The position numbers were made by a program, and so were the translations under genes. Below, in pieces: positions 32,074 through 40,649 of a stretch of 64,000 nucleotides of DNA; position 1 is the stretch's first letter, and each line of letters starts with the position of its first letter. Under the pieces are notes generated by a model, which saw nothing but the letters and a program-made list of their open reading frames with translations, was not told where the DNA came from and searched no databases. Source of the stretch: Bacillota bacterium (GTDB taxonomy: Bacteria; Patescibacteriota; Patescibacteriia; Patescibacteriales; UBA12465); contig JBLNBA010000001.1 of assembly GCA_050259635.1 (NCBI GenBank), positions 7,329 to 71,328 of the forward strand, read 5' to 3'.

Positions 32074-32178
32074 ATGAAAAATCGATGAATATTTTTATCG
32101 ATAGTTATCTGAAAGTATTATAGCACAATCTTTACTTTCTTATAATTTTCCCATAAGATTAAGACGTAATACAAGCTA

Positions 32179-32260
32179 GCGGACGTGGCGAAACTGGTAG
32201 ACGCACTTGGCTTAGGACCAAGCGGGGCAACCCTTGAGAGTTCGAGTCTCTCCGTCCGCA
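32179..32260 (+). tRNA. tRNA-Leu (anticodon TAG)
   Basis: GCGGACGTGGCGAAACTGGTAGACGCACTTGGCTTAGGACCAAG...GAGTTCGAGTCTCTCCGTCCGCA. Anticodon loop CTTAGGA, long variable arm. Confidence 0.9.
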
Positions 32261-32272
32261 CAATCAAAGCCC

Positions 32273-33094
32273 ATGTTGTCATTCTTGCACAATTATCTTC
32301 CCTCTCCAGTGCTTTTAAATTTAGGCTTTTTTTCTCTGCGCTGGTACGGGGTACTCATCACCATAGCAATAGCTTCTGCAATTGCGATGATGGTACGTAT
32401 AGGTAAGAAAGCAGGCATGAAAGACGACGATATTATCGATGTTTCTATAGCGACGACTATTGGCGGAATTATCGGAGCCCGCCTATATGAAATCTTGATT
32501 ATCGAGCCGGCTTATTATTTCCAGAACCCCTTAAGGATGCTGAAAATCTGGGAAGGGGGGTTAGCCATCCATGGAGGCCTTATAGGCGGCGCTATCGCCC
32601 TCTGGCTCTATTGCCACTACAAAGGTCTTTCCCTTATTAAAATGGCCGCATCCGCCGTAACCGGGGTTGCTCTTGGACAAGCCATTGGGCGTCTAGGAAA
32701 CTGGTTTAACCAAGAATTATACGGAAGTCCGACCATTTTGCCCTGGGGTATTCCTATCGCCCCCGAAAATCGCCTGCCCGGATATCAGGATAATAGTTTT
32801 TATCACCCCGTCTTCCTTTACGAAAGTCTCGGTTGTCTCCTGATTTCATGGCTACTTTGGAAGCTGGCAAAACATTACCATTTCAATTTTACCCAAAAAG
32901 CAGGCTTAACCATGATCCTTTCATATTTAGCCTTATATTCCCTGTTGCGTTTTTCTCTTGAGTTTATAAAGATAGATCCCACATTCATGCTCGGGAGATA
33001 TCGCTGGCCTCAATTATTAAGCCTGTTAATTTTTCTTGTTTCAGTCACAATCATTTACTGGAAACACTGCCAACAAAGATCCAAACCACTATGA
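32273..33094 (+). CDS. lgt: prolipoprotein diacylglyceryl transferase
   Basis: LRWYGVLI..., GGIIGARLYE, HGGLIGG and GRLGNWFNQELYG motifs. Start moved to the ATG at 32273 because ORF start 32234 overlaps tRNA-Leu. Confidence 0.85.
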   Translation: MLSFLHNYLPSPVLLNLGFFSLRWYGVLITIAIASAIAMMVRIGKKAGMKDDDIIDVSIATTIGGIIGARLYEILIIEPAYYFQNPLRMLKIWEGGLAIHGGLIGGAIALWLYCHYKGLSLIKMAASAVTGVALGQAIGRLGNWFNQELYGSPTILPWGIPIAPENRLPGYQDNSFYHPVFLYESLGCLLISWLLWKLAKHYHFNFTQKAGLTMILSYLALYSLLRFSLEFIKIDPTFMLGRYRWPQLLSLLIFLVSVTIIYWKHCQQRSKPL

Positions 33095-34269
33095 AATCTC
33101 TCTTTAGCCGGAAAAATAAAAGCCGAAATCTATATATCCTTTATCTGCTGGGGATGGTCTTGGCGATCGCCAACGCTTTGCCCGCTTATATCCAGTCCAA
33201 TTATTTAGGCTCACTATTCTCCATTACTTGGATAAGTATTTTTTTCTTAGTTGCAAATCTGGCGGCAGTCATAGCGATTATTTTTTACCCGAAAATCATA
33301 AGCAAGACCGGTAATTCCGTCTCCACCGAAACCGTCTTGTTACTTTTTATCGTCTCCTTATTAGGACTCAGCGTCGCTCGTAATATCTGGGGGATCCTCC
33401 TTTCTTTTATTGCTCTCAGCGTATCCACTAATTTGATCTGGATAAATATGGATATTCTGGTAGAAAAATTTTCCGATGACGCTTCAACGGGAACGACCAG
33501 AACCATCTATTTTACCGCTATTAATTTGGGGTGGATCATTGCTCCGGCCCTTTCGAGCTTCCTGATAACCGGCGGTAATTACTACTGGGTATTTCTGGCG
33601 GCTGCAATATTCCTCGTACCATTCTTTGCGCTGCTTATAGGGTACCGGCAACGTTTCAAGGATTCCAGAAAGTATCGCACAGATTCGACCAGAAAAACAT
33701 TAGCTTCGTTTATTAACGATCCAGATCTCCGCGGAGCCTATATGCTATCCCTTCTCTTAAATATTTTTTATAGCAGTGCTGTCGTTTATATACCCATCTA
33801 CCTCCACCAGCATCTCGGTTTCGCCTGGACAACTTTAGGCCTCATGTTTTCGATAATGTTGATCCCTTTTATCCTTTTTGAGATACCGGCCGGCTATATT
33901 GCAGACAAGAAGATCGGGGAAAAGGAACTGCTGGCAACCGGCCTGACGATCGTGATCATCTCCTTATTTTTCTTTTTCACTTATCGGGTACCGGATGCCT
34001 TATGGTGGGGCGCTCTGCTATTTATGAGCAGAATCGGCGCCGCTTTAATCGAAGCGATGAGAGAATCTTATTTCTTTAAAAAGGTAGGGGCTTCCGATAT
34101 TCCCTTGATAAACTTTTTCCGTACAACTGCTCCTCTAGGTTACCTTATCGGCACCGGTATGGCCGCCCTAGTTTTCCTTTTTTATCCCCTGCAATATCTG
34201 TTCATATTCGTGGCCTTAGCCATGGCTTCCGGCTATATTTTCCTCCATGGAATGGCAGATAGCCGCTAG
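33091..34269 (+). CDS. MFS transporter
   Basis: About 12 TM segments in a 6+6 arrangement with a central basic loop (RQRFKDSRKYR). Confidence 0.7.
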   Translation: MKSLFSRKNKSRNLYILYLLGMVLAIANALPAYIQSNYLGSLFSITWISIFFLVANLAAVIAIIFYPKIISKTGNSVSTETVLLLFIVSLLGLSVARNIWGILLSFIALSVSTNLIWINMDILVEKFSDDASTGTTRTIYFTAINLGWIIAPALSSFLITGGNYYWVFLAAAIFLVPFFALLIGYRQRFKDSRKYRTDSTRKTLASFINDPDLRGAYMLSLLLNIFYSSAVVYIPIYLHQHLGFAWTTLGLMFSIMLIPFILFEIPAGYIADKKIGEKELLATGLTIVIISLFFFFTYRVPDALWWGALLFMSRIGAALIEAMRESYFFKKVGASDIPLINFFRTTAPLGYLIGTGMAALVFLFYPLQYLFIFVALAMASGYIFLHGMADSR

Positions 34270-34310
34270 TTGACGGGGTAAGGAAAATCACTTATCATAA
34301 CTTTGAATAG

Positions 34311-34382
34311 GCGGGTATCGTATAGTGGTTATTATGTCAGCCTTCCAAGCTGAAGATGGCGGTTCGATTCCGCTTACCCGCT
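34311..34382 (+). tRNA. tRNA-Gly (anticodon TCC)
   Basis: GCGGGTATCGTATAGTGGTTATTATGTCAGCCTTCCAAGCTGAAGATGGCGGTTCGATTCCGCTTACCCGCT. Anticodon loop CTTCCAA. Confidence 0.9.
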
Positions 34383-34390
34383 CAGATAAA

Positions 34391-34415
34391 AAAAGGGCCT
34401 TAGAGGCCCTTTTTT
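34391..34415. terminator. bidirectional intrinsic terminator
   Basis: agggcct-tag-aggccct hairpin flanked by an A-run and a T-run. Confidence 0.65.
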
Positions 34416-34435
34416 GTTATATAAGCGCTTCCACC

Positions 34436-34834
34436 TTAGTCGTCTTTCTTCAAGATCAGGGAAATAAGGATAATGATGAATACCGAATGCAGGAAGAAGT
34501 CTGTCGGTTCAACATTAAAGACGAATAGCTCTTTCGCCCCGTGCCACAGCCCCGGTGCATCGGTCATCAAAGCTAAAAATAAGGCTAGGGCCAAGAAAAT
34601 AATAAGGCTTAAGACAGCAGATCTAAAATATCTACCATTCGCTAAGAGTAACGTTCCGGCAATAATTTCGAAAGCGCACATCAGCCAGGAAAGCACCGCC
34701 GGTAAGCCTAAACTAAGCATCTCACCGGTCGCCTCTGCAGCATTGAAGAGCCGAAAAATACCAGCAGATATAAAGATTGCCGCCATCAAGCCACGCAAGA
34801 GAAAGTCCCTCCGTTTAAAATTTTCCAAAGTCAT
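34436..34834 (-). CDS. DoxX-family membrane protein
   Basis: Four TM segments. FLLRGLMAAIFISAGIFRLFN... and EIIAGTLLLANG are DoxX-like. Confidence 0.65.
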   Translation of the reverse strand: MTLENFKRRDFLLRGLMAAIFISAGIFRLFNAAEATGEMLSLGLPAVLSWLMCAFEIIAGTLLLANGRYFRSAVLSLIIFLALALFLALMTDAPGLWHGAKELFVFNVEPTDFFLHSVFIIILISLILKKDD

Positions 34835-35522
34835 ATTTGATAATATCTTTCTTTATCTTTCGATTGGTAAGCGTATACAACCCCATACGCAACCATGTCC
34901 ATCCTGTTTTCCAGAATCCTTCTTTTTCCATGCGCCGCGATGAATATAATAAGCGCACACTTTCTAGCATCCGGAATCGTCCCACACCGGCCAGCCTTTC
35001 ACAATAATCATAATCCTCGGCCAGCTTGATATTGAGATCAAACCCGCCAATTTTTTCATGGGCGGACCTTAAAGCTGCCAGGCCGGCACCGACAGCCGCC
35101 GGATGGCGGCCATACTGTTTCAAACCGCAAATCACATTGGAAATTATGGCGTAAATACTATAACGGATATTGTTCGGATTGAAACGGATATAGCAGCCAG
35201 CGCCGGTAAGTTGTTTTTTCCCAAATTGAGACACTAAGTCGACAAGGAATCCTTGTCCGATCTCAGAATCAGCATCCAAAAAGAGTAAGATATCTCCCTT
35301 AGCTACTGCGGCTCCTGCGTTCCTTTGAGCTGATGGATGTTTAATTTTAGAATCCGCCGCCAGCTTCACTCCTCGGCTTGCAGCGATTTCCCTCGTCCTG
35401 TCCTGTGACCCGGCATCTGACACGATGATTTCATAATCCTTGAAATCTTGCTTTTCAATGGAGTCTAGAAGTCTAGGAAGATAATGCTCTTCGTTTAAAG
35501 TGGGGATAATGATTGAAACCAT
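34815..35522 (-). CDS. family 2 glycosyltransferase (soluble type)
   Basis: MVSIIIPTLNEEHYLPRLLDSI, SDAGSQDRT, and LFLDADSE (DxD). Confidence 0.8.
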   Translation of the reverse strand: MVSIIIPTLNEEHYLPRLLDSIEKQDFKDYEIIVSDAGSQDRTREIAASRGVKLAADSKIKHPSAQRNAGAAVAKGDILLFLDADSEIGQGFLVDLVSQFGKKQLTGAGCYIRFNPNNIRYSIYAIISNVICGLKQYGRHPAAVGAGLAALRSAHEKIGGFDLNIKLAEDYDYCERLAGVGRFRMLESVRLLYSSRRMEKEGFWKTGWTWLRMGLYTLTNRKIKKDIIKYDFGKF

Positions 35523-35523
35523 A

Positions 35524-36525
35524 TTAGAAAATCGTCCGGGCTAATTCCCAATACTCGGGGTCCCCGTGTTTAAACTGCCAATACCACCATTCTACGCCCC
35601 ATAAATATGCTTTTTTAAAACGCGTCTTCTCAGCGTACCGGAGGTTAGCCTTAAATTGATCAATATTGAATGAATAATCCGCTTCGCTTTTAGAGAGATG
35701 GATGATCTTTCCTTGCGGAACCCAAGGCTCTGCCTGAAGTTCAGCGATGATACGTTTGTCTTTAGGAATACCGGCGAAATATGCTTTCAAACGGTAAAAC
35801 CAAGAAGGTATAGGGTATCGCAGGTACCCTGTTATATTACTCCAGACCACCCGATACATGGTTGTCCCGAAGACATCCCCGTATTTTGCCTCCTTCTTCC
35901 ATAAATTAAGCTCGCCTGGTCCGGAAATAATGACGGGGCGGTCATCAAGCGATTTAACCAGCTCCACCTCCTTTTTTAGGAATGCTTCATCACTCTTGGG
36001 ACAGATACCGAAAGTGTTTAAGAAAGGCTCATTTTCAACCTGCCAATAGATAATTGCGGGGTTATCACGATAACGCTCAACCGTCTTCTGCAGCATCGCT
36101 AACGTATCGCCTTGGATGTCCGTGATGTTTTCTTGATTAGTCCAGGCAGGCGCATGGCATTCCGGCCAGCGAGGAAGACGCCAACCAATATTAATGATAA
36201 AGTGTGTCTGACGCTTGCTGCCTTCCGAGATCAAGTAATCATATTCGGAAAAATCAAAAGTCCCTTTAGTTTTTTCTATTTCATCCCAATATATAGGAAG
36301 CCGGATATGCTTCACTTTAAGGTCATCAAGAATTTGTAGATAAGTTTCGCGCCAGTCTAAGCCGATCTCCTCGGCATACTTCTTAGAAAAAGTCACTCCA
36401 AAAAACTCGGGCTGCCGCTCGATAACGATATTATTCCGTTGGTAATTAAAAATTTTCATGATGAGAACCAGGCTAGCGACCAAAACAATCGCTGACAGCC
36501 AGAATATTTTTACGCGCTTGCTCAT
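35524..36525 (-). CDS. membrane-anchored clan GH-A (TIM-barrel) glycoside hydrolase-like protein
   Basis: N-terminal TM anchor, VKHIRLPIYWDEIE and IIYWQVENEPF (the NEP acid/base motif of GH-A families). Confidence 0.55.
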   Translation of the reverse strand: MSKRVKIFWLSAIVLVASLVLIMKIFNYQRNNIVIERQPEFFGVTFSKKYAEEIGLDWRETYLQILDDLKVKHIRLPIYWDEIEKTKGTFDFSEYDYLISEGSKRQTHFIINIGWRLPRWPECHAPAWTNQENITDIQGDTLAMLQKTVERYRDNPAIIYWQVENEPFLNTFGICPKSDEAFLKKEVELVKSLDDRPVIISGPGELNLWKKEAKYGDVFGTTMYRVVWSNITGYLRYPIPSWFYRLKAYFAGIPKDKRIIAELQAEPWVPQGKIIHLSKSEADYSFNIDQFKANLRYAEKTRFKKAYLWGVEWWYWQFKHGDPEYWELARTIF

Positions 36526-37460
36526 ATCGAAAGAAGATAAAGGCCCGCTCCAATCATTAGGATCGCAAAACCTTTCTGGATTAAAGCTCGAGCACCAATA
36601 TCTTCACGAAGAATGTCTGCCTTGAAGAATGTAACCACCGCCCCTATAAGTATGACCCAGGCATACTGCACGCCTTGTAAAGCATTTACTAAAGTGACCG
36701 GGCCCAAATATATGGCATAGTTTTGTAAAACGAAGCCGCCCGCACCTAGTATTTGATTACCCACTACTAATACCTGATTCTTTTTCTTCCCAGGCTTTTT
36801 TTGGAATAATGATTTAATTTCTGCTCGTGCTTTTGGAGAAAGAAGAATGAAAAGAGCAGCCACGGCCGCAGCCAGCCTCATCCAGAGGAAGGCGCTCAAA
36901 AAGGGTTGCTGCTGGTAAGCTAACTTGCTACCCACAAAGAAAAGCGAATAGGCGAGCCCCGACCCTAAAGCCAAGATGACGCTTGATATCGTGGTCTTGG
37001 GCGAAAACGTAAAGCCGACTACTTTTGTCCAGAAACCTGGTTGTTTTCTAGGTAGCAATGCTACTACCGCCACACCGATCACTAATAATAAGACGGCTGT
37101 CAATTCTGAAGCGGGAAATCTTTCGCCAAGAATTAGTAAGGAGAGGGGGATGGTGAAAACGGGCGTCGATCCTCCAACTATCACCAAGGCACGTGATGCC
37201 TCGCCTCTCCTAAGCGATGCAAATAGTAATAATAAGGCGAGACAGAATATAGCACCTAACAACAAATCAAGGGCAAGCCCGGCAATGCCTGGCCAAGAAA
37301 GCAGCCACGGAGCGCCGATAAAAACGACCGACCCGAGAATACAGGCGACAAAGGCGTAGGCACGCCCGCTACCGATTACCTTTTCCACTAAAAACTTGTC
37401 TATTAAATTAGAAATCGCCAACAGAAAATAGGCAGCGATCGCGACCGGTATCCAGCTCAT
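36522..37460 (-). CDS. EamA/DMT-superfamily transporter
   Basis: Ten hydrophobic segments in a 5+5 arrangement; 4-nt overlaps with both neighbours. Confidence 0.65.
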   Translation of the reverse strand: MSWIPVAIAAYFLLAISNLIDKFLVEKVIGSGRAYAFVACILGSVVFIGAPWLLSWPGIAGLALDLLLGAIFCLALLLLFASLRRGEASRALVIVGGSTPVFTIPLSLLILGERFPASELTAVLLLVIGVAVVALLPRKQPGFWTKVVGFTFSPKTTISSVILALGSGLAYSLFFVGSKLAYQQQPFLSAFLWMRLAAAVAALFILLSPKARAEIKSLFQKKPGKKKNQVLVVGNQILGAGGFVLQNYAIYLGPVTLVNALQGVQYAWVILIGAVVTFFKADILREDIGARALIQKGFAILMIGAGLYLLSI

Positions 37461-38740
37461 AATGCATCATCATTAAATATCTGTGCAATACTTTCGGTAC
37501 CGCTATGCGGGGCAAGCAGATAGGCATTCATAGCGGCGCGAGCCAGCCGTCCATCTCGACGCCAATCTAATAGCCACTCATTTACGAACTTTGGATCGTC
37601 GCTTTCCATGCCTGCACCGATAGCGAGCAACCATTCTCGATTAAATTCCTCCTGTGAACCGACTGGTTCGGACATTAATATCGGCAATCCCAAGCCTGAA
37701 TAAAAACTAAGCTCAGAAGGTTTCGTCCATAAAACATCCGTTTCGCGCAGACACTCATTAAACTGCCGAAAATATTCCATTTTTTTAGGATGATAAAGAA
37801 TATTGAGGTTTTCATTTCCGACTAATGATTCTTTATTTGCCAAGGAAGTAAAATATTCTTTAACGTCACCGCGACTTCCAGCCACCAAGTTGAGGCGCAT
37901 ATTACCATCCCTTATAGCAGGCGCTAATTTTTCCAAGATCTTCCCGCCAATTTCTCTTTGCGCTCCAGCTCCACCAACCGCAAAGGTCAAAGAAAAGGCA
38001 CGACCAGCATTAATTGGAAGATCAAGTCCGCTTAAAAGCGGAGAGAACGAGCTTCTAAAAGCCTCTAAAGGATCCAAAGATACCAAGCGCTTAGCTAAGT
38101 CGGCCTTTAATGTCGCAATATTTTCTTCAGGCAAAGGAAAGCCGGTAACGAAGATATTTCCGGAACTGACGCCATACATTTTTAAGCGTTCGCGCACCCT
38201 TTCATTCGGTGCAAGGTACTTGATTTTCGATTTCTTTGGCTCTATAGGCGCCCACGCACGGGAAATATCAGCATCGCATACTATACAATAGATATCACCC
38301 GGATAATTATAATATTCTGCGCAATAAGCGGCCACAAAAAAGGTCGTAACAAATGGCAAAACCTCGGATTCCTTACCCAGTCTTTCAATAAGCCCTTTAC
38401 CAAGTCCCTTTTTAATCTCCCTAAGGAACATTTTCTGTTGAAAAGTTTGTTCTCCGAGAGGCCGTTTAGGATAGAACGGCTGGATCTTTTGGAAGTGATC
38501 CATAGCCTTAAATACTAAAGATCCCAACAGAGGAATTTTCTTGAAATAAGAAATCTTCTCGTAAGACTTTAAAGTATTAGCCCAATATGTGCGTTCAGAC
38601 TGGCTAATACCTTCATAATCATTCAAATTAATTGTACCTTGCTTGCTTAAAGCTAATAAAGGATAAGCAGCTCGTTGATGGCCGTAACCCATGTCTGCGG
38701 CAACCAGGTTGATCTTTGACATATATAAGAATAAATACAA
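37457..38740 (-). CDS. GT-B glycosyltransferase, GT28 MGDG-synthase/UgtP-like
   Basis: N-terminal AADMGYGHQRAA (compare the G-G-GH motif). C-terminal LWTKPSELSFYSGLGLPILMSEPVGSQEEFNREWL resembles the TKPGG...PGQEE.N motif of UgtP/MGDG synthases. Confidence 0.55.
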   Translation of the reverse strand: MYLFLYMSKINLVAADMGYGHQRAAYPLLALSKQGTINLNDYEGISQSERTYWANTLKSYEKISYFKKIPLLGSLVFKAMDHFQKIQPFYPKRPLGEQTFQQKMFLREIKKGLGKGLIERLGKESEVLPFVTTFFVAAYCAEYYNYPGDIYCIVCDADISRAWAPIEPKKSKIKYLAPNERVRERLKMYGVSSGNIFVTGFPLPEENIATLKADLAKRLVSLDPLEAFRSSFSPLLSGLDLPINAGRAFSLTFAVGGAGAQREIGGKILEKLAPAIRDGNMRLNLVAGSRGDVKEYFTSLANKESLVGNENLNILYHPKKMEYFRQFNECLRETDVLWTKPSELSFYSGLGLPILMSEPVGSQEEFNREWLLAIGAGMESDDPKFVNEWLLDWRRDGRLARAAMNAYLLAPHSGTESIAQIFNDDAL

Positions 38741-38772
38741 AACTCACTAATACGGTACTTAAATTATACTAT

Positions 38773-38801
38773 AAAAAAACCGGCCCTGAAAGGGCGGTTT
38801 T
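38773..38801. terminator. hairpin terminator downstream of trxB
   Basis: ccggccct-gaa-agggcgg imperfect stem flanked by an A-run and a T-run. Confidence 0.5.
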
Positions 38802-38822
38802 TAAATATTTTCAGGTTAAATA

Positions 38823-39755
38823 TCAAGCTTGCTTCGCACTCTCAACATCTTGAATGTGCTGGTAAGCCGCCAAAGCGGCAATTGTGGCCTGCCCCATCGC
38901 TATTGTTATCTGCTTGTACTGACTGTGGACAACATCTCCGGCCGCAAATAAACCAGGCGTCCTCGTTTCCATATTTTCATTGACCAGAATCTGTGCCTGT
39001 TGGTCACGATCCACAAACTCGCATAGGATATCGGTGCTGGCTATCCTGCCAATTTCCACAAAGATACCTTCAAGGGGCAATTCAATTTCATTTTGCTTTT
39101 CATCCCGATAAACAAGCCCCTCGACCTTCTGAGCACCTTTGATAAGGACGGTATCTGCATTAACTAAAATCTTTATATTAGGACGAGATTCTACTTCTTT
39201 AACTAAGGCGTCAAATGCCTTGAATTTATCACCTCGGACGACCAGATATACTTGAGAGGCAATCTTAGACATGACCTCAGCAGCGTCAAAAGCTGAATTT
39301 CCAGCACCGACAACGGCTACGGTTTTCCCTTTATACAAAGGCCCATCGCAATTTGCACAATATGACACCCCCCTACCGGTAAGCTCAACTTCACCAGGAA
39401 CAGTCAATCTCCTTGGAGCCAGCCCTAAAGTGGCAATCACGGTTTTGGTTTCGTACACTACTCCGCCCGCTAGTACCTCAAAGATCCCGTCAGTGCGTTT
39501 GGTTATCTTAGTGACTTCACTATTTTTAATCTCTACTCCGGACTTTAGGGCATGCTCATTAAAGCGGCTGATCAGATCAAAGTTACTTATGCTGGTAAAC
39601 CCGGGATAATTCTCGATTTCGCTTGCCCAAATGATTTGCCCTCCTGGCTCTTTACCGATGATTAGGGTTTTCATTTCCCGCCTAACGGCATAAATAGCCG
39701 CTGTAATACCAGCTGGTCCTTGTCCAATAACGATAGTGTCGTACATAATGTTCAT
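38823..39755 (-). CDS. trxB: thioredoxin-disulfide reductase
   Basis: IGQGPAGITAAIYA FAD motif, redox-active CANCDG, VVGAGNSAFDAA NADPH motif and C-terminal FAAGDV. Confidence 0.9.
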   Translation of the reverse strand: MNIMYDTIVIGQGPAGITAAIYAVRREMKTLIIGKEPGGQIIWASEIENYPGFTSISNFDLISRFNEHALKSGVEIKNSEVTKITKRTDGIFEVLAGGVVYETKTVIATLGLAPRRLTVPGEVELTGRGVSYCANCDGPLYKGKTVAVVGAGNSAFDAAEVMSKIASQVYLVVRGDKFKAFDALVKEVESRPNIKILVNADTVLIKGAQKVEGLVYRDEKQNEIELPLEGIFVEIGRIASTDILCEFVDRDQQAQILVNENMETRTPGLFAAGDVVHSQYKQITIAMGQATIAALAAYQHIQDVESAKQA

Positions 39756-39852
39756 GATAAGTAATAGTAGTATTATTATAAATCCTTATTCGTTTTTTGG
39801 CAAAGAAATGTAGAATTACATTATATTTATTTAATATTAGCACATTATTGAT

Positions 39853-39868
39853 TGTTCTTTGTGGAACA
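39853..39868. repeat. TGTTC-N6-GAACA palindrome, copy 1
   Basis: tgttctttgtggaaca, about 100 bp upstream of the trxB start. Confidence 0.8.
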
Positions 39869-39891
39869 TCGTCAATCTCACGCTACGTTTA

Positions 39892-39915
39892 GTTTTGTTC
39901 TCCGTAGAACAAAAC
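39892..39915. repeat. TGTTC-N6-GAACA palindrome, copy 2 (extended 9-bp arms)
   Basis: gttttgttc-tccgta-gaacaaaac. Confidence 0.8.
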
Positions 39916-40001
39916 TCTATCGGATATTAATTCGGTAGCAACGCGGCCACGCTAACATTCTTTGGCCATTTTCAATTACTTTCTCGCCTTCTGCTATTAC
40001 C

Positions 40002-40017
40002 TGTTCTTCGTGGAACA
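40002..40017. repeat. TGTTC-N6-GAACA palindrome, copy 3
   Basis: tgttcttcgtggaaca. Confidence 0.8.
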
Positions 40018-40111
40018 AATTGATTCGGCAAACATGTTAACAATAAATATAATCGTCGAAGAGATTTACTCACTCTATTTGAATCAATTTCTGATATCAG
40101 ATAAATTGTAA

Positions 40112-40129
40112 TTGTTCCATACGGAACAA
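40112..40129. repeat. TGTTC-N6-GAACA palindrome, copy 4 (7-bp arms)
   Basis: ttgttcc-atac-ggaacaa. Confidence 0.8.
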
Positions 40130-40242
40130 GATTCAAATGTCGCTAAATCGATTTACAACTTGATCACAAGTTTCAAGATCGGTTTATTAAGCATTATTAT
40201 ATGGCACACAAGAGTATAATTGCAGAATGATACTGCTCTTAA

Positions 40243-40265
40243 CAAAAAAGACTCCGAAGAGTCTT
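40243..40265 (-). terminator. intrinsic terminator of the tRNA-Arg/tRNA-Ala transcription unit
   Basis: aagactc-cgaa-gagtctt hairpin. On the minus strand it is followed by a U-run (the A-run at 40243-40249). Confidence 0.6.
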
Positions 40266-40268
40266 ATT

Positions 40269-40345
40269 TGGTGGACCATAAGGGACTTGAACCCTTGACC
40301 TCTTCCATGCCATGGAAGCGCTCTAGCCAACTGAGCTAATGGCCC
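40269..40345 (-). tRNA. tRNA-Ala (anticodon GGC), CCA encoded
   Basis: Reverse complement GGGCCATTAGCTCAGTTGGCTAGAGCGCTTCCATGGCATGGAAG...GGTTCAAGTCCCTTATGGTCCACCA. G3:U70 pair is present. Confidence 0.9.
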
Positions 40346-40349
40346 GTAA

Positions 40350-40365
40350 TGTTCTATGAAGAACA
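40350..40365. repeat. TGTTC-N6-GAACA palindrome, copy 5 (between two tRNA genes)
   Basis: tgttctatgaagaaca, 5 nt from the 5' end of tRNA-Ala. Confidence 0.75.
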
Positions 40366-40404
40366 ATAATATATTTTACTAAAATTGTCAATAGTATATA
40401 GGAG

Positions 40405-40476
40405 TGCCCTCGCCAGGAATCGGACCTGGATCTAGAACTTAGGAGATTCTCGTTCTATCCATTGAACTACAAGGGC
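40405..40476 (-). tRNA. tRNA-Arg (anticodon CCT) with atypical T-loop TCCGATT
   Basis: Reverse complement GCCCTTGTAGTTCAATGGATAGAACGAGAATCTCCTAAGTTCTAGATCCAGGTCCGATTCCTGGCGAGGGCA. Anticodon loop CTCCTAA. Confidence 0.85.
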
Positions 40477-40649
40477 GAGGTCAAAAATATCATAACTGAT
40501 TATATTACTTTTTACAATAGTATTTTTTATTAAGTGTTTTATATAACATTAAATAATTTTTTTGACACTATCCCCTTAGTATACTAAAATGTAAATGATG
40601 AAAGCAATATAAATCATAGCCCGAATCAGGGAGGCGGGCCCTTAAATTT

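Noticed and set aside
32185-32406. ORF 32185..32406 and the 32234 start of lgt overlapping tRNA-Leu(TAG)
   Set aside because: The sequence 32179-32260 folds as a complete tRNA. Lgt homology starts after the ATG at 32273.
34325-34528. 67-aa ORF overlapping tRNA-Gly, the terminator and the DoxX gene end
   Set aside because: It is explained by the tRNA gene and terminator and has no coding signal. The long antisense ORF 34473..34943 inside the DoxX and GT2 genes is rejected for the same reason.
39756-40268. Integrated mobile-element remnant at the 3' end of tRNA-Ala
   Set aside because: There is no integrase, no direct repeat of the tRNA 3' end and no ORFs. Only AT-richness and the palindromes are present, so this is reported as a regulatory or centromere-like region instead.
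39853-40365. Possible CRISPR array formed by the TGTTC-N6-GAACA palindromes
   Set aside because: Spacing is irregular (43, 106, 111 and 237 bp). Only the 5-bp arms are conserved rather than a 24-40 bp repeat. One copy sits between tRNA genes. No cas genes are in the window.
40562-40585. TTGACA ... TATACT as the bactofilin promoter
   Set aside because: The spacer between the hexamers is only 12 bp, too short for a functional sigma70-type promoter. The real promoter is probably elsewhere in the AT-rich region.
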